Shown: positions 62,259-64,000 of the stretch, piece by piece
Layout: the number at the start of each line of letters is the position of its first letter
Position numbering within the stretch: position 1 is the stretch's first letter
Assembly (NCBI GenBank): GCA_963777955.1
Contig: CAVZSQ010000022.1
Coordinates: 96,001 to 160,000, forward strand
Length of the DNA: 64,000 nt
Reading direction: 5' to 3'
Origin: Calditrichia bacterium
Lineage (GTDB): Bacteria > Calditrichota > Calditrichia > JAJRVZ01
The notes under the pieces: model-generated
Seen by the model: only the letters and a program-made list of their open reading frames with translations
Told to the model about the DNA's origin: nothing
Database searches by the model: none
Position numbers and translations under genes: made by a program

Positions 62259-62721
62259 ATGCAGTGCAAAAAGTGCGGCAGGGAATATCCCTCTGCCTAT
62301 TATTTTCAAACCAAGTACGTCTGCAAACAATGTTACACGACCATGAGTGAAAGTGAAAAAGTTGCGGCTAACAAGGAACAATTTCCAATCGATCCCGCTA
62401 TGACCACCACAACTTTCAACCTGGAAGGGTACCGTGTGGTCAGACAGCTGGGAGTGGTACGGGGTATCATCGTTCGTTCCCGCTCGTTGTTCGGCACCAT
62501 CGGCGGCGCTTTGCACACGCTGGTCGGTGGAAATATAACGCTGTTCACCGAGTTATGCGAGAAAACACGGGAAGATGCTTTTGAAGCCATGCTCAATCAT
62601 GCTCTGGAAATCGGGGCCAATGCCGTGATTGGTGTGCGTTACGATGCGACTGAGACTGATGAGCAGCGTTACGGAAGTATTATGCTATGGAACGGCGGTA
62701 GTAGTAGAACCGGCAAAATAG
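62259..62721 (+). CDS. YbjQ/UPF0145 family protein with N-terminal CxxC-CxxC zinc ribbon (frameshift ~62653)
   Basis: MQCKKCG..VCKQC; LGVVRGIIVRSRS, GANAVIGVRYDATE; removing one base gives LMSSVTEVLCYGTAVVVEPAK-stop. Confidence 0.85.
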
Positions 62722-62979
62722 CATTAACCTGAGCGCGGCCAGGCCGGTAACTCTGCAACTCTGTAGCAATCCGTCAAGGATTTAAAAGATACTATGCGGA
62801 ACAATTAAATCCTTTCTGCGTATCGTTCGGATATCTTAGAACTTACAGGAATCATTATTTTTAAAAGGAGATTAATCAACAGATTTTAATAAGTACACAA
62901 TCAAATAACATATTGATCCCATTATAATTAATAGATTCTGAGAATAAAATCAATTTTTACCTAGATAAGGAGGCTGTTT

Positions 62980-63408
62980 ATGCGGAGAAAATTATTTCTG
63001 TTAATTATGTCGATCATTAGTGCTGTATTACTCTATGGTTGTGCCAGTTCAGGCGCTTTTATTGCGGCAAATGTAACCGGTGTCGAGTTGTCCGAACCAA
63101 ACTTTAAAGTAGCAGCGACCAGTGTCAGTGGCGAATCCTCAGCGAGTTATTTACTGGGTTTCAGTTTTTCGACCGGCACAATAACTAATACCTTGGCTCT
63201 GGTCAGGACAGGGGGTACCGGTCAATTGTATAAAGAAGCACTGGAACAATTGTGGCAAAATTATGAGAAAGATCATGGCAGTGCGGTGGGCAAGAAACTG
63301 GCCCTGGTCAATATACGCTATGATGCCGATATTCTTAATCTGGTCGTATACACGCAGGTAAAATATTATATCCGTGCCGATGTGGTTGAATTCGGGGTAA
63401 AGGAATAA
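62980..63408 (+). CDS. Small lipoprotein (DUF6567-like)
   Basis: Lipobox LYGC; AGGAGG RBS; TGVELSEPNF, ALVNIRYD, ADVVEF. Confidence 0.7.
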   Translation: MRRKLFLLIMSIISAVLLYGCASSGAFIAANVTGVELSEPNFKVAATSVSGESSASYLLGFSFSTGTITNTLALVRTGGTGQLYKEALEQLWQNYEKDHGSAVGKKLALVNIRYDADILNLVVYTQVKYYIRADVVEFGVKE

Positions 63409-63437
63409 AAACCGGCTCATTTGCACTGGAGACTGGT

Positions 63438-64000
63438 ATGTCCGTACTGAATGAATTTGAAAAACTGCTGAGCCGGCCCGAAAAAAAAGTTCTGGAGAAA
63501 CTAAGTACGCCCGCCGGGATCCAGTCCTTCCTGGATTCCATGCCATACTCCTCCGAATCCGTTTACCGCTGCCCTTTGCGCGTATTGCGGGAACAGGTGG
63601 CGCATTGTTTCGACGGAGCGCTGTTCGCTGCTGCCGCGCTGCGGCGGCTCGGATATGCCCCGCTTATCCTGGACCTGATTCCCAGTCAGCGGGACGATGA
63701 TCATGTGTTGGCCCTGTTCAAAATCGAGAAGCACTGGGGCGCTATTGCTAAATCCAATTTTGCGGGTCTGCGCTTCCGCGAACCGATTTTTCGCTCCTTG
63801 CGTGAACTGGCCCTGTCTTATTTTGAACAATACTATAATACAGCCAGAGAAAAAACATTACGCGGATATTCTCTGCCCCTGAATTTAAAAACCTTTGACC
63901 GGCTGGACTGGATGTATCAGGACCAGTCGCTGGAAATAATCGCAGCTGAAATTAGATACGCTGAAGCACTTTCCCTTACTGACCCGGAAAATGATTTCAG
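63438..64000 (+). CDS. Hypothetical protein, transglutaminase/papain-like fold candidate; 3' end beyond window
   Basis: Not in the ORF track. ATG 63438 after GGAG: MSVLNEFEK..IQSFLDSMPY..AHCFDGALFAAAAL..DDDHVLALF..WGAIAKSNF.GLRFREP; open to the window edge. Confidence 0.7.
   Translation, partial: MSVLNEFEKLLSRPEKKVLEKLSTPAGIQSFLDSMPYSSESVYRCPLRVLREQVAHCFDGALFAAAALRRLGYAPLILDLIPSQRDDDHVLALFKIEKHWGAIAKSNFAGLRFREPIFRSLRELALSYFEQYYNTAREKTLRGYSLPLNLKTFDRLDWMYQDQSLEIIAAEIRYAEALSLTDPENDF

Overview
Gene-dense bacterial DNA. The gene content (FlgD-Ig/T9SS-type C-terminal sorting domains, a PorV-like barrel, a sigma-54 activator) suggests an FCB-related lineage such as Calditrichota, KSB1 or Ignavibacteria; this is inference. 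The centrepiece (9.5-38.9 kb, all + strand) is a beta-1,3/1,6-glucan utilisation locus without SusD. An orphan sugar-binding protein, a histidine kinase and an NtrC-type activator precede a -24/-12 promoter. Downstream lie three GH16s, GH5-CBM6, GH30, a non-catalytic multi-CBM protein, a TonB-dependent receptor / large CTD protein / PorV-like barrel triad, a SurA/PPIase-like lipoprotein, a GPH-family MFS symporter with an apparently circularly permuted three-domain Ig/cadherin-like periplasmic insert, and a GH149-like phosphorylase. To the left (- strand) are a PEGA Ser/Thr kinase, a TPR-like membrane protein, a large CTD surface protein and a hybrid kinase. To the right are acyltransferases, a MacAB-TolC-like exporter, a CBM9-like barrel, a bCerS/YghO-like GNAT, a two-component pair, a B12 radical SAM enzyme, an RRM protein, an APC permease, an S41 peptidase, LemA/TPM genes and NifU/YbjQ-like genes. 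Intergenic spaces hold several REP-like palindrome and 7-8-mer array families, some nested in one another. About 15 genes are broken, mostly by single extra bases, which most likely reflects unpolished long-read assembly rather than pseudogenes. No rRNA, tRNA, CRISPR array or transposase was seen.
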